Origin: an uncultured Planctomycetota bacterium
Lineage (GTDB): Bacteria > Planctomycetota > Planctomycetia > Gemmatales > Gemmataceae
Assembly (NCBI GenBank): GCA_963849325.1
Contig: CAWKHF010000012.1
Span: forward strand, 800,001-864,000
DNA length: 64,000 nt
Direction of reading: 5' to 3'
The position numbers and the translations under genes are program-made. Below the pieces are notes generated by a model, which saw nothing but the letters and a program-made list of their open reading frames with translations, was not told the origin of the DNA and ran no database searches. This document shows, in pieces, positions 1 to 11,063 of the stretch. Numbering within the stretch: position 1 is the stretch's first letter; each line of letters starts with the position of its first letter.

Positions 1-161
1 ACGTTCCGCTGCTGGTGTACGGGCCGGGAGTACGCCGGGGGGTGCGGCACGAGGCGGTCACTCCGCAGGCCGCCGCCGCCATCCTGGCGGAAGCGCTCCG
101 CATCAGGCTCCCGGCGAAGGCAACTGCGCCGCTGCCCCGCGATCTTCTCCTCTCGCGATGA
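1..161 (+). CDS. 3' end of an alkaline phosphatase (PafA/nucleotide pyrophosphatase-like) family protein, truncated by the window edge
   Basis: Frame 3 reads VPLLVYGPGVRRGVRHEAVTPQAAAAILAEAL...SR*, a typical C-terminal motif of this superfamily; stop TGA at 159-161. Confidence 0.55.
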   Translation, partial: VPLLVYGPGVRRGVRHEAVTPQAAAAILAEALRIRLPAKATAPLPRDLLLSR

Positions 162-177
162 CAGAGACGACCAAGAC

Positions 178-375
178 TCACTGCTGGCAATATCGGGCTT
201 CCTGATCCAGAAGGAAAGCCGCGTATTCCAGGAGGAGGGCCTGGGGCGCCTGTTCCTTCGGCGCGGACGTTGCCGGCAGTGAGGCGCCGCGGAGGGCGGC
301 GTTGCGGAACGCCTGCCGGTCAAACCTCGATGCTTCTTGCGGCGTCTGTTTGAGAAGGGCTGGGTCGGCGAACAT
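178..375 (-). CDS. small hypothetical protein (65 aa)
   Basis: ATG preceded by GGAGGA at 5-nt spacing; no recognisable motif. Confidence 0.45.
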   Translation of the reverse strand: MFADPALLKQTPQEASRFDRQAFRNAALRGASLPATSAPKEQAPQALLLEYAAFLLDQEARYCQQ

Positions 376-672
376 GGAGAGTCCTCCACTTTCGGAGCGG
401 ACCCGAGCAGAGACCGCTCGGGGCGCTGGGATGGGGCGTCCGGGCCGACTTCAGGGGAACAGAGGGCCAGGGAAGCTGCAGGGTGATAGGGGCCACCCGA
501 GATTGTTCCCTCCTACTATCATTCTACGCTCGGACTCGGCCCAGCGCCAGCCACTGAGCAAAAATCGGCCGCAATCCGCTATCGTCTTCCGCAGTTTCGG
601 ATCGCCGCGTCCGACCGGCGGCTTGCTTTCCGTCCTCGGCAGGACTACATTGTCCCTCGCCCGAGTCGAGGA

Positions 673-1629
673 TTGATTATGACTCCCAAGCCGTCTGATT
701 CGTCCGGTCGTCGTACCTTTCTCAAGCGAGCCGCCGGGACGGCGTCCATCGTGGCCGGCGCCGGCGCCGCTTCCACCGCCTCGGGGGCCGTTCCCGCTTC
801 TCGGCTGCCGACGATCAAACTCGGGACGCACGACGTTACCCGACTCATCATCGGCGGCAATCCGATCTACGGCTACTCGCACTTTAACAAGCTGCTCAGC
901 CAGCACCAGACCGCCTGGCACACGCCGGAACGCGTGGTCGAACTGCTCCAGCGCTGCGAGGAGTGCGGCATCAACACGTGGCAGAACAGCTACGCCGAAC
1001 GAACGCTGCAAGACCTCGATCGCTTCCGCGCCGCCGGCGGCAAGATGCACTGGCTCTGCCTGGGCAAGCCGGACTGGGACCAGCATCCCGAGCACATCGA
1101 CGACGCCGCCCGTCGCAAGCCCATCGGCATCGCGCCTCACGGCGCCCTCGCCGACCGTCTGCACCGCCAGGACCGCCTCACCGTCCTGACCGACCTGCTC
1201 AAGCGCATCCGCGGCAAGGGCGTCCTGGTCGGCCTGTCGGCGCACAACCCCGCCCTGATCGAACTGGCCGAGGACAAGGGCTGGGACATCGATTACTATA
1301 TGTGCTGCCTCTATTATCTCACGAGGCCGCGCGCTGAGTTTCAGAAGCTCCTGGGCAAGGATCTGCCCCTGGGCGAGATCTACCTGCCAACCGATCCGCC
1401 GCGGATGTTCCAGGCCGTCCGGGCCACGCGCAAGCCGTGCCTGGTGTACAAGGTGCTGGCCGCCGGCCGCCGCGTTGGCAGCCCGGCCGAGGTGCGCGAC
1501 GGCCTGGCCGTCGCCCTGTCCAACATCAAACCGACCGATGCTCTCCTCGTCGGCATGTACCAGCAGTTCGGTGACCAGGTGGGTGCCAATTCCGCCGCGG
1601 TACGCGAACTGTGCGCCCGGAAGCGTTGA
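673..1629 (+). CDS. Tat-exported aldo/keto-reductase-like (TIM-barrel) protein
   Basis: Twin-arginine signal SGRRTFLK followed by a hydrophobic stretch; LPTIKLG..VTRLIIGGNP, GLSAH and YKVLAAGR motifs. Confidence 0.7.
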   Translation: MIMTPKPSDSSGRRTFLKRAAGTASIVAGAGAASTASGAVPASRLPTIKLGTHDVTRLIIGGNPIYGYSHFNKLLSQHQTAWHTPERVVELLQRCEECGINTWQNSYAERTLQDLDRFRAAGGKMHWLCLGKPDWDQHPEHIDDAARRKPIGIAPHGALADRLHRQDRLTVLTDLLKRIRGKGVLVGLSAHNPALIELAEDKGWDIDYYMCCLYYLTRPRAEFQKLLGKDLPLGEIYLPTDPPRMFQAVRATRKPCLVYKVLAAGRRVGSPAEVRDGLAVALSNIKPTDALLVGMYQQFGDQVGANSAAVRELCARKR

Positions 1630-2047
1630 GAGAGTCCCGATCGTCCGCGGCGCGGCGAAACGAGAGTCCTGGCACGTCCCTTGCTACCTGGTAAACGGCT
1701 CCCCCGCTGCCTGAGCCATCGCCGTCGGCAAACGCGGAAGGCGAGGCGATCTCTCCCTGTTACAATGACAGTACGAAGGCGCGGCGAAATCCGTTTGTTC
1801 GGACGCCGCACCGCCTTCGTTGCATTCGTTCGCTGACAGTCGATTGACGGAGGAGGTAGGGAATGGTATCAGTAAAGACGTTGGGATTGCTGACAAGCCG
1901 ATGGCACTGAGCACGGAGCGATCCGGCGCGGCGGAGGCACGACCGGCCCTTTTCGCCAGGATGTCCGGACGAAAAGGTTCGAGCGAACGGAAAACTCTCG
2001 GGACAAGGTGACGCGAAGGGAATCGCACTTGGACCGGCCGGAGCGAC

Positions 2048-3042
2048 GTGATGATTCCCAGCAAGCCAGTCGAGTTGGCCCTCGGGCCCCTGGTACACGG
2101 GCCGCACGACATCCGCGGCGACCGCGATCCCCAGCGCGACCACGATCGCATCGAACGGTTGACGGATTCCTGGCCGACCCGCGCGAACGTGCGCAAGACC
2201 GGGCCGGACCTCACCCTCGACTACGATCCGAGCAAGCCCGACTTCCTGACCGAGTTGCTGCCGTTTTACGACCACCCTCTCTTCGCGAGCGCTCCCGAAC
2301 CGTACCGGCAGGCCGCCCTGTCGTGCGGTTGGATCGCCTATAACGAGAAGACGGTGGCGATCGAATCCAAGATCGTCTCGCCGGCGTGCATGCACCTGAT
2401 CGACGGCGACCTCGTTGGTTTCCCGCGCCACCAGTACCGACCGGCGGTTTCGCAGGCCCTCGTCGATGAGTCCTATCACGTCCTGCTCGTCGTCCAGGCC
2501 AACAACGTGACCCGGCAGCGGCGCGGCTTGCACGACATGACGGTGCCTTCGTTCGAGTTGGTCTCCCACATGCAGCGGCAGCAGGACAAGCACCCGGAGC
2601 GGTGGAAGAAAATCCTCATCCAACTGGCCACCGCCGTCGTCTCGGAAGTGCTCGTCAGCGAATACCTCCGTCTGCTGTCGGATGCTCCGGGCATCCAGCC
2701 GCTCAACCGCATCACCACCGAGATCCATCGCCGCGACGAGGCGGCCCACAATGGCCTGTTCAAGAGCCTGGGAGCGGTGATTTATCACGGTCTGAGCCGC
2801 AAGGAAAAAGAGTTTTTCGTCGAGGCGCTGACGCAGCCCTCGATCTGGTTCGCCAGTCCGGAGTTGGACGTGTGGGAGTCCATGCTGCGGCAAATTGATT
2901 TCCCGGCGCCGAGCCGATGATCGCCGACTGCCGAGCGCAGCGACGAGCGAAGGGCATCCGCCTCGACCTGGGTACGCTCGACACGCTTTTCGAGGATCTG
3001 GGCGTGGAAAACAACCTTCGGTCGCGGGCCTATCCGACTTGA
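2048..3042 (+). CDS. AurF-like diiron N-oxygenase (frameshift near 2905; C-terminus continues to TGA 3040-3042)
   Basis: WIAYNEKTVAIE, QALVDESYH, AVVSE and EIHRRDEAAH diiron-ligand motifs; the shifted frame continues ...MIADCRAQ...LFEDLGV. Confidence 0.8.
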
Positions 3043-3138
3043 AATTCGGCGAGCGGGGGCGTCAGCCCCCTGTTGGAAGAAACAGGGAGCTGACGCCCCT
3101 CGCTCGCCGACTGCTACCTCAACGAAGCGAGATATCTT

Positions 3139-5135
3139 ATGTGTGGAATCGCAGGTGCGTTCGATCTGACCGGCCGGCGGGAGTTTCCCGAGGAGCGCCT
3201 GTTGCTCATGACCGGGGCCTTGGCGCACCGGGGACCCAATGACGAGTACGTCCACTGTGAGCCGGGAGTCGCCCTCGGCGTTCGCCGCCTGTCGGTCATC
3301 GACGTGGCCAACGGTCGGCAGCCGCTGTCCAACGAGTCCGGCGACGTTCTGGGTGGCCTACGAAGGCGAGCTGTACGAGTACCCCGACCTCCGCGCGCAA
3401 CTGCTGGCGCGCGGCCATCGGCTGTTGACGCACTGCGACACCGAGGCGTGGGTCCACCTGTACGAAGACCTCGGCGAAAAGGTCTTCGCGCAGGCGCACG
3501 GCCAGTTCGGCGTTTCGCTGTGGGACCGCAACCGCCGCACCGTATTTCTCAGCCGCGATCGCATCGGCATCAGCCCGCTGTTCTACGCCGAGGCGGACGG
3601 CTGGCTGCTGTGGGCTTCCGAGATCAAGAGCCTGCTCGCTTCCGGTCTGATTTCCGCCCGGCCGGACGTGCGCGGACTGGACTATTTCTTCAACTTCTTC
3701 TGCCTGCCGACGAGGCGCACGGCTTTCGAGGGCGTCCATTCGCTGCCGCCGGGCCACTACCTCCGCGCTCACGAGGGCCGGCTGACGCTCCAGCGTTACT
3801 GGGACCTCGATTTCCCCGATCGCGGAACGGAGCGCCGCTATGGCAACGACGACAAGGCGGCCGAGGACCTGGAGTCCGTGCTGCGCGGCGCCGTCCGCCG
3901 CCGGCTGTGCGGCGAGGTGCCTCTCAGCTGCTACATCAGCGGCGGACTCGATTCGACGATCATTCTCGGACTCAGCTCGCAGGAGAAAGGCGAGCCGATC
4001 CCGTCGCTCACCATCAGCCTCAACCGTTCCGGTCCCGCCGACGAGCGCAGCAAGGCGGAGGAGTCGGCCCACTACCTCGGCTCGAAGCTGACCGCGGTGA
4101 CGGTGACGCCGGCCGACCTCATCAACCATTTCCCGGACGTGATCCTCGGCGCGGAAGGCCCGGTGCTGGACACGTCCTGCGTGGGGACGCTGATGCTGGC
4201 CGCGGCCAACCGCCAAGCGGGCAACATCGTCGCCCTGACCGGCGAGGGGGCCGACGAGGCGCTGGCCGGTTACGTCTGGTTCAAGTGGAACCCCTTCCAG
4301 CGATTCGCCGGCTACTCCGGCCGATTTGTCGCCCTATCCATGCTGATTGGCGGCGGTAGGGCGCACCGTCCGTCGTATCGCGGCACCGGCGGCGTCCGCA
4401 CCGCGCAGCAGATCGCCTGGGAATTCATGGCCCAGAGCCGCGAACGGCTCTACACTCCGGCGATGTGGCAGCGACTGGATGGCCACTCCGCTTACGACGA
4501 CGTCTCGGTTGCCCGAGCGCATCCAGCGCTGGCACACCCTCAACCAGTCGCTGTACCTGAGCTATCAGATCATGTTGCCGGGCCTGCTCATGGCCGCCAA
4601 GGGAGATCGGGCAACGCGCTTTTCCGCCACGGAGGGGCGTTATCCCTTCCTCGACGAGCGTGTGGTGGAGTTCTGCGCCGGCCTGGCGCCGCGCTACAAG
4701 CTGCGCGGCTGGACGGACAAATGGCTGCTTCGCCGCGTGGCGTCGCGCGTGCTGCCGCCGCCTATCGCCCGTCGCAGCAAGACCATGTTCCGCGCCAACA
4801 TGGGTCGGGGGTTCGTTGGCCCGGATCGGCCTCGCTGGGTGGACCAGCTGCTCAGCCCCGAATCGCTGAAGGCGACCGGCTACTTCGATTTCGCGGCGGT
4901 GCAATTGGCCCGCGCGGTGCAGTTGCAAAAGCCGCTGCGGTCGCTGTATCGCTTCTCGCTCGACATGGGACTGATCGGCGTCATCGCCACGCAACTGTGG
5001 CACCACCAGTATTGCGGCGGCGGCCTGTGCGAGTTGCCTACCTGGACGCCGCCCGACCTGACGAAGACGCGGCTTTATGGTAAGCTGGAGGCGCCGATCC
5101 CCACCGAGGGACGGGCCGCGACCATTGCCGTGTGA
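3139..5135 (+). CDS. asnB: asparagine synthase (glutamine-hydrolysing)-like amidotransferase; frameshifts near 3350 and 4510
   Basis: N-terminal MCGIAG, HRGP, RDRIGISPLFY, SGGLDS, LTGEGADE and RYPFLD motifs spread over three frames. Confidence 0.85.
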
Positions 5136-5158
5136 GACATTCTTCCGACAAGCTGACA

Positions 5159-5207
5159 AGCCCGGAGCGCTAGCGACGGGGGAGACCCATCGCTAGCGCT
5201 CCGGGCT
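5159..5207. repeat. REP-like palindrome
   Basis: agcccggagcgctagcga...tcgctagcgctccgggct inverted repeat. Confidence 0.8.
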
Positions 5208-5222
5208 AGTATTCTTAACCCT

Positions 5223-6359
5223 ATGTCGATGCGCCGGCCGTATTCGCTGAAAATCCTCTGGCACGGGCGCAACCGCTTCTTGCCGGCGGTCCTCGCCGTC
5301 TCCTTCAGCGCCGTGCTCATCGCCGTGCAGTTCGGCGTGCTGCTGGGAACGCTGGCCGTCACCTCCAAGCCCATCGATCACGCTTCCGCCCAGATCTGGA
5401 CCGGCATTCGCGGCGTGCCGAGCATCGAGTTGGGCCATCCCATCCCCGACTCGTGGCTCTATCGCCTCCAGGCCCAGCCGGAGATCGAAGACGTGGAGAC
5501 GTACCTGTACGAATTCGTCTACTGGCACAAGCCGGCCGGCGGCGCCGTCCACTGCTGCATCATCGGTGTCCATCTCGAACGCTCCTCGCTGGGCGCGGTG
5601 CGCGACCTGACGCCCGCGATGCGCACCCTGCTGACCGAGCCGGGGGCCGTCGTCGTCGATGGCATGGAGCTGGACCGGCTGGGCCTGACGCACGGCGTCG
5701 GCGAGACCGCCGAGATCATGGGCCACAAGGTCCGCATCGTGGGACTGGTCCAGGGTTTCAAGAGTATTTGGGGTCCGTATGTCTTTTGTTCCATGCAGAC
5801 GGCGCGAATGGTCCTGTCGCAGTTTCAACCCGACCAGACGCAATATCTGCTGGCCCGCTGCCGCCGCGGGGCGGACGTGCCGGTCGTCGTCGAGCGTTTG
5901 GGCCGCAAGTATCCGGAGATGACCGTCGTGGCGCAGGAGGACTTTTCGCTACAGACGCGCTGGTACTGGCTGACGCGGACGCGGGTCGGCATCGCCCTGG
6001 GACTGACGTCGGTGCTGGCCCTGATCGTCGGCCTGGTGATAACCAGTCAGACGCTGTACGCGGCCACGGCGGCGTCGCTGCGCGAGTACGCCGTGCTGCG
6101 GGCGCTGGGTCTGCCGCGCTGGCGCATCTCGGCGCTGGTGCTGGCGCAGTCGTTCTGGATCGGCCTGGGCGGCGTGGCCACGTCGCTGCCGGTCGCCGTC
6201 GTTGTGGCGCGGGTTGCCGGCCTCATCGGCGCCGAGGTCCAGCTGCCCCCGTGGCTGCTGGCGGGTACGATAATCGTGACCATGCTCATCGCCCTGGTCT
6301 CCGGTTTCCTGGCCCTGCGCTCGCTGCGCCTGGTGGAGCCGGCCAACTTGTTGCGTTGA
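5223..6359 (+). CDS. ABC exporter permease (DevC/FtsX-MacB-like)
   Basis: N-terminal TM, large periplasmic loop, REYAVLRALG motif, three C-terminal TMs ending EPANLLR. Confidence 0.85.
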   Translation: MSMRRPYSLKILWHGRNRFLPAVLAVSFSAVLIAVQFGVLLGTLAVTSKPIDHASAQIWTGIRGVPSIELGHPIPDSWLYRLQAQPEIEDVETYLYEFVYWHKPAGGAVHCCIIGVHLERSSLGAVRDLTPAMRTLLTEPGAVVVDGMELDRLGLTHGVGETAEIMGHKVRIVGLVQGFKSIWGPYVFCSMQTARMVLSQFQPDQTQYLLARCRRGADVPVVVERLGRKYPEMTVVAQEDFSLQTRWYWLTRTRVGIALGLTSVLALIVGLVITSQTLYAATAASLREYAVLRALGLPRWRISALVLAQSFWIGLGGVATSLPVAVVVARVAGLIGAEVQLPPWLLAGTIIVTMLIALVSGFLALRSLRLVEPANLLR

Positions 6360-6376
6360 GGGACGATCTGATAGCT

Positions 6377-6471
6377 CCCCTCTCCCCCGAAGTGGGGGAG
6401 AGGGGTTGGGGGTGAGGGGGAGTGCGGCCCCCTCACCCCCAACCCCTCTCCCCCACTTCGGGGGAGAGGGG
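6377..6471. repeat. compound G/C-rich palindromic repeat (inverted pair of self-palindromic units)
   Basis: cccctctcccccgaagtgggggagaggggttgggggtgaggggg followed by its reverse complement. Confidence 0.8.
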
Positions 6472-6498
6472 CTTCGCGGAGAGCCTCTGAGAACCTAA

Positions 6499-7221
6499 AT
6501 GGTCCAGCCGGACGTAACCATCTCGGCGACGAAGCTCAGCCGCGCTTTCGGCAGTGGCGAGGCGCGGACGCTGGCCGTGCGCGAGGCGTCGCTGGAGTTG
6601 CGGGCCGGCGAGATGTCGCTGTTGATGGGTCCGTCGGGCAGCGGCAAAACGACCCTGCTGGCGATGCTGTCCGGCCTGCTGCGGCCCGACAGCGGACAGG
6701 TGGCCGCTCTGGGCGGCGACTTGTGGCGCATGTCCGACGAGGAGCGCGAGTCCTTTCGCCTTCGTCACTGCGGCTTCATTTTTCAAGGGTCCAATCTCAT
6801 GCCCGCCCTGAATGCCCGCGACCACCTGGAGATGGTGCTGCGCTGGGGCACGCGAATGCCGTGGGCCGAGGTGAAGCGGAAAGTGACGGACATGCTCGCC
6901 CTGCTGGGCCTGGCTTCCAAGGCGGACCTTCTGCCCGAACATCTCTCCGGCGGAGAGAAGCAGCGCGTCGCCATCGGCCGCGCACTCATCAAGCAGCCGG
7001 ACCTGTTTTTCGCCGACGAGCCGACCAGCGCCCTCGACTGGGAGCACGGCCGGCACGTGGTCGAGTTGCTGCGCGAGACGGCCCACGGCGGCGCCACCGT
7101 CGTCATGGTCACGCACGATTCACGGATTCTTCCCTACGCCGACCGCGTTTATCAGCTGGAGGACGGCCGGCTGCGCGGCGCGAGTGTACCGGCGAACCCG
7201 GCGGTCATGGGTGCCTCATGA
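6499..7221 (+). CDS. ABC transporter ATP-binding protein (DevA/LolD-like)
   Basis: Walker A GPSGSGKT, LSGGEKQR signature, ADEPT, VTHD. Confidence 0.9.
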   Translation: MVQPDVTISATKLSRAFGSGEARTLAVREASLELRAGEMSLLMGPSGSGKTTLLAMLSGLLRPDSGQVAALGGDLWRMSDEERESFRLRHCGFIFQGSNLMPALNARDHLEMVLRWGTRMPWAEVKRKVTDMLALLGLASKADLLPEHLSGGEKQRVAIGRALIKQPDLFFADEPTSALDWEHGRHVVELLRETAHGGATVVMVTHDSRILPYADRVYQLEDGRLRGASVPANPAVMGAS

Positions 7222-8301
7222 ACATGAAAAAACTTCTCTTATTCCTGGGCATCATCATCTTGCTCGTCGGCGTCGGCGGCGCGGGCTGGATCGGCCAACC
7301 ACTTCTGGGGCCCTGCGATGCAGCCAACGGGTGTCGGCGGCGAACCGAGCAAGGCCGACGACGGCGCCGACGCGGAGGGCGTGGTCTGCACCGGCTACGT
7401 CGATCTGGAGCACGGCGTCCGCTCCTTGGCCCCCCTTCGGCCGGGCCGTGTCGCAGAGGTGTTCGTGCAGGAAAATCAGCACGTCGAGGCCGGCGCACAC
7501 CTGCTCCGGCTAGAGGACGAGGACGCGAAAAGACAGGTGGAGGAGGCGGAATCGGCGCTGGAATCCGCGGAGGTTCAGATGGAGCAATCCCGCAAGCTCG
7601 CCGAGCAGCAGCGGGCGCGCCTGGCCCAGCAGCAGGCCGCCATCGACGCCGCCGCCTTCCGCCTCGACGCGGCGCGGCAGATGCTCCAACAGCGCAACGA
7701 GGAACAGCTCAAGAACCTGGTGAGTCGTCGGGACGTCGAGGTGACTCGCGACGAGGTGAAAGCCCTCGAAGCGCAGGAGCGTGCCGAGCGCGAGAAGCTG
7801 GCCGAACTAAAGACGATCGATCCCAACCTGTTCGAGCGCAAGGCGCGGGCCGAGGTGAAGCTGGCACGGGTGCGGCGCGACCGTGCCCGGCACCAGCAGA
7901 AGGAATGTACCCTGAAAGCTCCGACGGCGGGGACGGTCCAGCGCGTGTCGGTGGGCGCCGGCGATGTCGTGACCGGCAACCCGACTCAGACGATTATCCG
8001 CTTCTGCCCGGACGAGACGCCGCTGATCCGCGCGGAGGTGAATCAGGAATTCGCCGATCGCGTTCGGGAGGGGCAGACGGCGCTGATACGGGACGATGCG
8101 CGATCCGGGACCAGCTGGCGCGGCAAAGTCTGGCGCATGGCCGGATGGTACGAGCGGCGGCGGCCGAACTCCGAAGATCCTTCCGCCTACGTGGACGTGC
8201 GAACGGTCGAATGTCTCCTCACGATCGATCCGGGCCAGCCGCCCTTGCGCCTCGGCCAGCGCATGCGCGTGATGATCGGCGTCGTGCCCGCCGAGCGTTG
8301 A
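7218..8301 (+). CDS. HlyD/DevB-like membrane fusion protein (frameshift near 7300)
   Basis: ATG overlaps the upstream stop; MNMKKLLLFLGIIILL anchor, GRVAEVFVQE, coiled coil, LKAPTAGTV. Confidence 0.8.
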
Positions 8302-8314
8302 GACAAAGAACCTC

Positions 8315-8383
8315 TCGTTTCGCCGCGACGCGCAGCGGAGCGCGGGACTCTCCCGCGCTCCGCTGCGCGTCGCGGCGAAACGA
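8315..8383. repeat. long perfect palindrome between convergent genes (REP-like or bidirectional terminator)
   Basis: tcgtttcgccgcgacgcgcagcggagcgcggga-ctc-reverse complement; a partial copy lies near 1647-1663. Confidence 0.8.
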
Positions 8384-8394
8384 ATCACTGCTTC

Positions 8395-10135
8395 TCAGCC
8401 GAATTGCACGGCAGGCACGGCGTCGGCATCCCATTCTTCGTCGCGCGCCTCGCGCACCAGGGACATCACGCGCCACGTTCCGTCGCCCTGGAGCCGCAAT
8501 ACCATGTCGTGATATTCGAGCAGCCCCTGGTCCGGCCCCACGCTGACGTAGGTGATCGAGGTCCGCGAAAGCAGATCGTAGAGATGTCGCGCCTTGGCGG
8601 AGTCCAGGGCGCTGGCCGACTCATCGAGGAAGGCAAAGTCCGGCTCGGCGAGGAGGAGGCGCGCGAAGGCGAGACTCTGCTGCTCGCCCAGGGAGAGCAC
8701 CGCCCCCCAGTCTCGGCGTTCGGTATCCAGGCCGCCGACGCGCTCCAGCACCGCTTGGAGCTGTACGTCCTTCAGCACGGCCAACAGCCGTTCGTCGGAG
8801 ACGGTCGTGTCTCCCGGCAGCGTATACAACAGTTGAGCGCGGAGGGAGCCGAGCGTCAGGTAGGGCTGTTGCGGCAGGAACATCATGCTGCTCCAGCGGC
8901 GGCCGCACGATGCGCCCCTGTCCCTCCTTCCACAGCCCGGCCGTGGCCCGCATCAACGAAGTTCGCCCCGAGCCGTCCGGTCCCACAATCAGCAAGCGCT
9001 TCCCCAGCGGCAGTTCCAGCGACAGCCCCTCGACGAGCAGCCTTCCGTCGTCCGGGGTAGCCAGCGTCAGCCCATCATAGGCCAGGCGCGCCTCGTCCTC
9101 GACGACCTCGATGGACAACTTGGCCGTCTCCGGCGCGTCGTCGGTCGCCTCATAGAACGCCCCGAGGCGCTCGACGACGGCGGCGAACGTGGTGATGCGC
9201 TGGAACTCCTTGACGATGAGCGAGAACGCATCGAGCACGAAGTTGAAGCCCACCTGCGCCTGGGCCACCTGGCCGAACTCGATCTGGCCGCGAATGTACA
9301 AGGGCACGGTAATCAGCACCGGAATCAGCTGGGTCATGTAGCCGTACCAGGACGTGAAGAAGCCCAGGTTGCGGTTGACGCCGATGATGACGCGCCAGTT
9401 CTCCAGTGCCTTCTGCAAGCAGTAGCGCACGCGGCTATTTTCCTTCGGCTCGCCCTGGTGCAGGGCGACCGGGTCCGCATGTTCGCGTACGCGGATGAGT
9501 TCATAGCGGAAGTCCGCTTCCTTCTTGAACTGCTGCACGTCCAGGCCGACCAGGCGCCGTCCCAGCACGACCGTCATGAGGGTGCCGAAGGCGGCGTAGC
9601 CGACCGCACCGACCAGCAGCCAGGGCGTGATCGACCACAGGACGCCCGCGAAGCCGGCCAGCGCGACGGTGGCGTTAACCAATATGAGGACAATGGAGAG
9701 CGTATTCGTGGTGAAAGTCTTGACGTCCTCGGAGATACGCTGATCGGGGTTGTCGAGTTGGCCCGTCGTCTTGATGCGGTGGTAGGCGCGGTTGGCGAGA
9801 TAGCGGTCGGTGAGGTGACGGGTAAGCCAGCTCCGCCAGCGCAGGCCGAGCATTTCCTCGGTGAAGCGAAGGAAGGTGGCGACCACGGCGGACAGGGCGA
9901 ACACCCCGCCATAAAGGAGGGCGAGGTGGCAGACCTGGTCCGACTTCCGTTCGGTGGCGGACGTGATCAGGTCGCCATAGACGTAACTGTTGCGGATGTC
10001 GAGTCCCTTGACGACGAAAACGAGGGTGAGGAGCAGGGCGAGCAGTCCGATGCCCCACTTTCCCGCGTCGGACTTGAAGAAGGGCGTGGTGATCCGAATA
10101 AAGCGCGCCCACCGACTCCGGCCATTCGACCTCAT
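8395..10135 (-). CDS. ABCD-type (YddA/Rv1819c-like) ABC transporter, fused permease-ATPase; frameshift near 8890
   Basis: LDNPDQRISED, EADFRYEL, GPDGSGRTS, FLPQQPY, LSLGEQQ, LDESASALD. Confidence 0.85.
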
Positions 10136-10761
10136 CCGTGTCTCCTCCCCGGGCCACTCGGGCCTCGATTGCTACCGATTGGTTCTCGCCGCCACGCTGC
10201 ACGCCACAGGCTTCCGAACCGGAAACGTCCTCCGCAAAGACCGAGAAAAAGCACCGGACGAACCCCTGCCCTCGGTCCAGGAGCGGTTCGTCGTTCGATA
10301 GGCAGATAACCTCTTCACGCCCGCCGAGACGGCGGGACGGATTTCGGGCGCGAGGCGTACAAACCCGGAGGGAACGGGAGGGTCTGATGGGCACGACCGG
10401 GGGAGCGATCCCCGGCGCATCGGGCGGGAGTCAAGCAGCTGCCTCTCCTCTCCAGGAGTGGGCCGGGTCCGTCGGCCGATCTCCTCCCATCCTGTCAAAT
10501 GGGCTGTCCGCGAAAGTGAAATCAATTGTACCAGCCGTCCGAGCCGGTGGGAATCGGAAATTTACGATTTTTTCGAGCGTCTTAATAGCTCATACTCAGC
10601 CGTTTTGAGACGATTTGCCTCTCCGCGACTCGACGGAACTGTCCTTCCAGGCGACGAGCGACGGCACGAGCCTTGCACGAAAATGTCTGAGTTGATCGTG
10701 GTCTTTCAGGCCGAGAAAGGCGGCCGCGGTGTGGATTTCTCCGCACCGGAACAAGAAAACC

Positions 10762-10968
10762 ATGCCAAAGCACAAGAAAGACAAACACGCCCAGAGCGTC
10801 AACCAAGGTGTTGGGGCCAAGCAGGCAGTCAACCCGGTGGTATCCGGCGTTCAGCAGGCCGTGAGTAAGGACAACAAGGCATTCCAGCAGCACGACGCCA
10901 GCAACCGGCTCGGCGACTACGAGGGCACCGGCAATCATGCCCGTACCGGCAACCGAGGCCACCAGTAA
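10762..10968 (+). CDS. small hydrophilic hypothetical protein (68 aa)
   Basis: MPKHKKDKHAQ...FQQHDASNRLGDYEGTGNHARTGNRGHQ; coding-like codon usage. Confidence 0.6.
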   Translation: MPKHKKDKHAQSVNQGVGAKQAVNPVVSGVQQAVSKDNKAFQQHDASNRLGDYEGTGNHARTGNRGHQ

Positions 10969-10994
10969 GGGACCGTCTCGAATTCCCTTCCTCG

Positions 10995-11042
10995 TTTCGC
11001 GTCGGCTCGACGGGCCGCGCGGCCCGTCGAGCCGACGCGAAA
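10995..11042. repeat. perfect palindrome (REP-like or terminator)
   Basis: tttcgcgtcggctcgacgggccgc / gcggcccgtcgagccgacgcgaaa. Confidence 0.75.
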
Positions 11043-11063
11043 TTCGTGGCAGCGAGGACGAGC

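Noticed and set aside
2918-2920. TGA readthrough in the AurF-like gene
   Set aside because: The plausible continuation is in another frame, so this is an indel rather than recoding
3139-5135. Lasso peptide cyclase
   Set aside because: The protein keeps a full glutaminase domain (MCGIAG), and there is no B1/B2 peptidase or lasso-like precursor nearby
8885-10309. Long antisense ORFs (also 18813-20141 and 25018-26544)
   Set aside because: Expected stop-poor antisense frames of high-GC genes, with no motifs
10140-10720. Cobalamin or c-di-GMP riboswitch upstream of the ABCD transporter
   Set aside because: Hairpins are present but I could not find the conserved core motifs; an Rfam/Infernal scan would settle it
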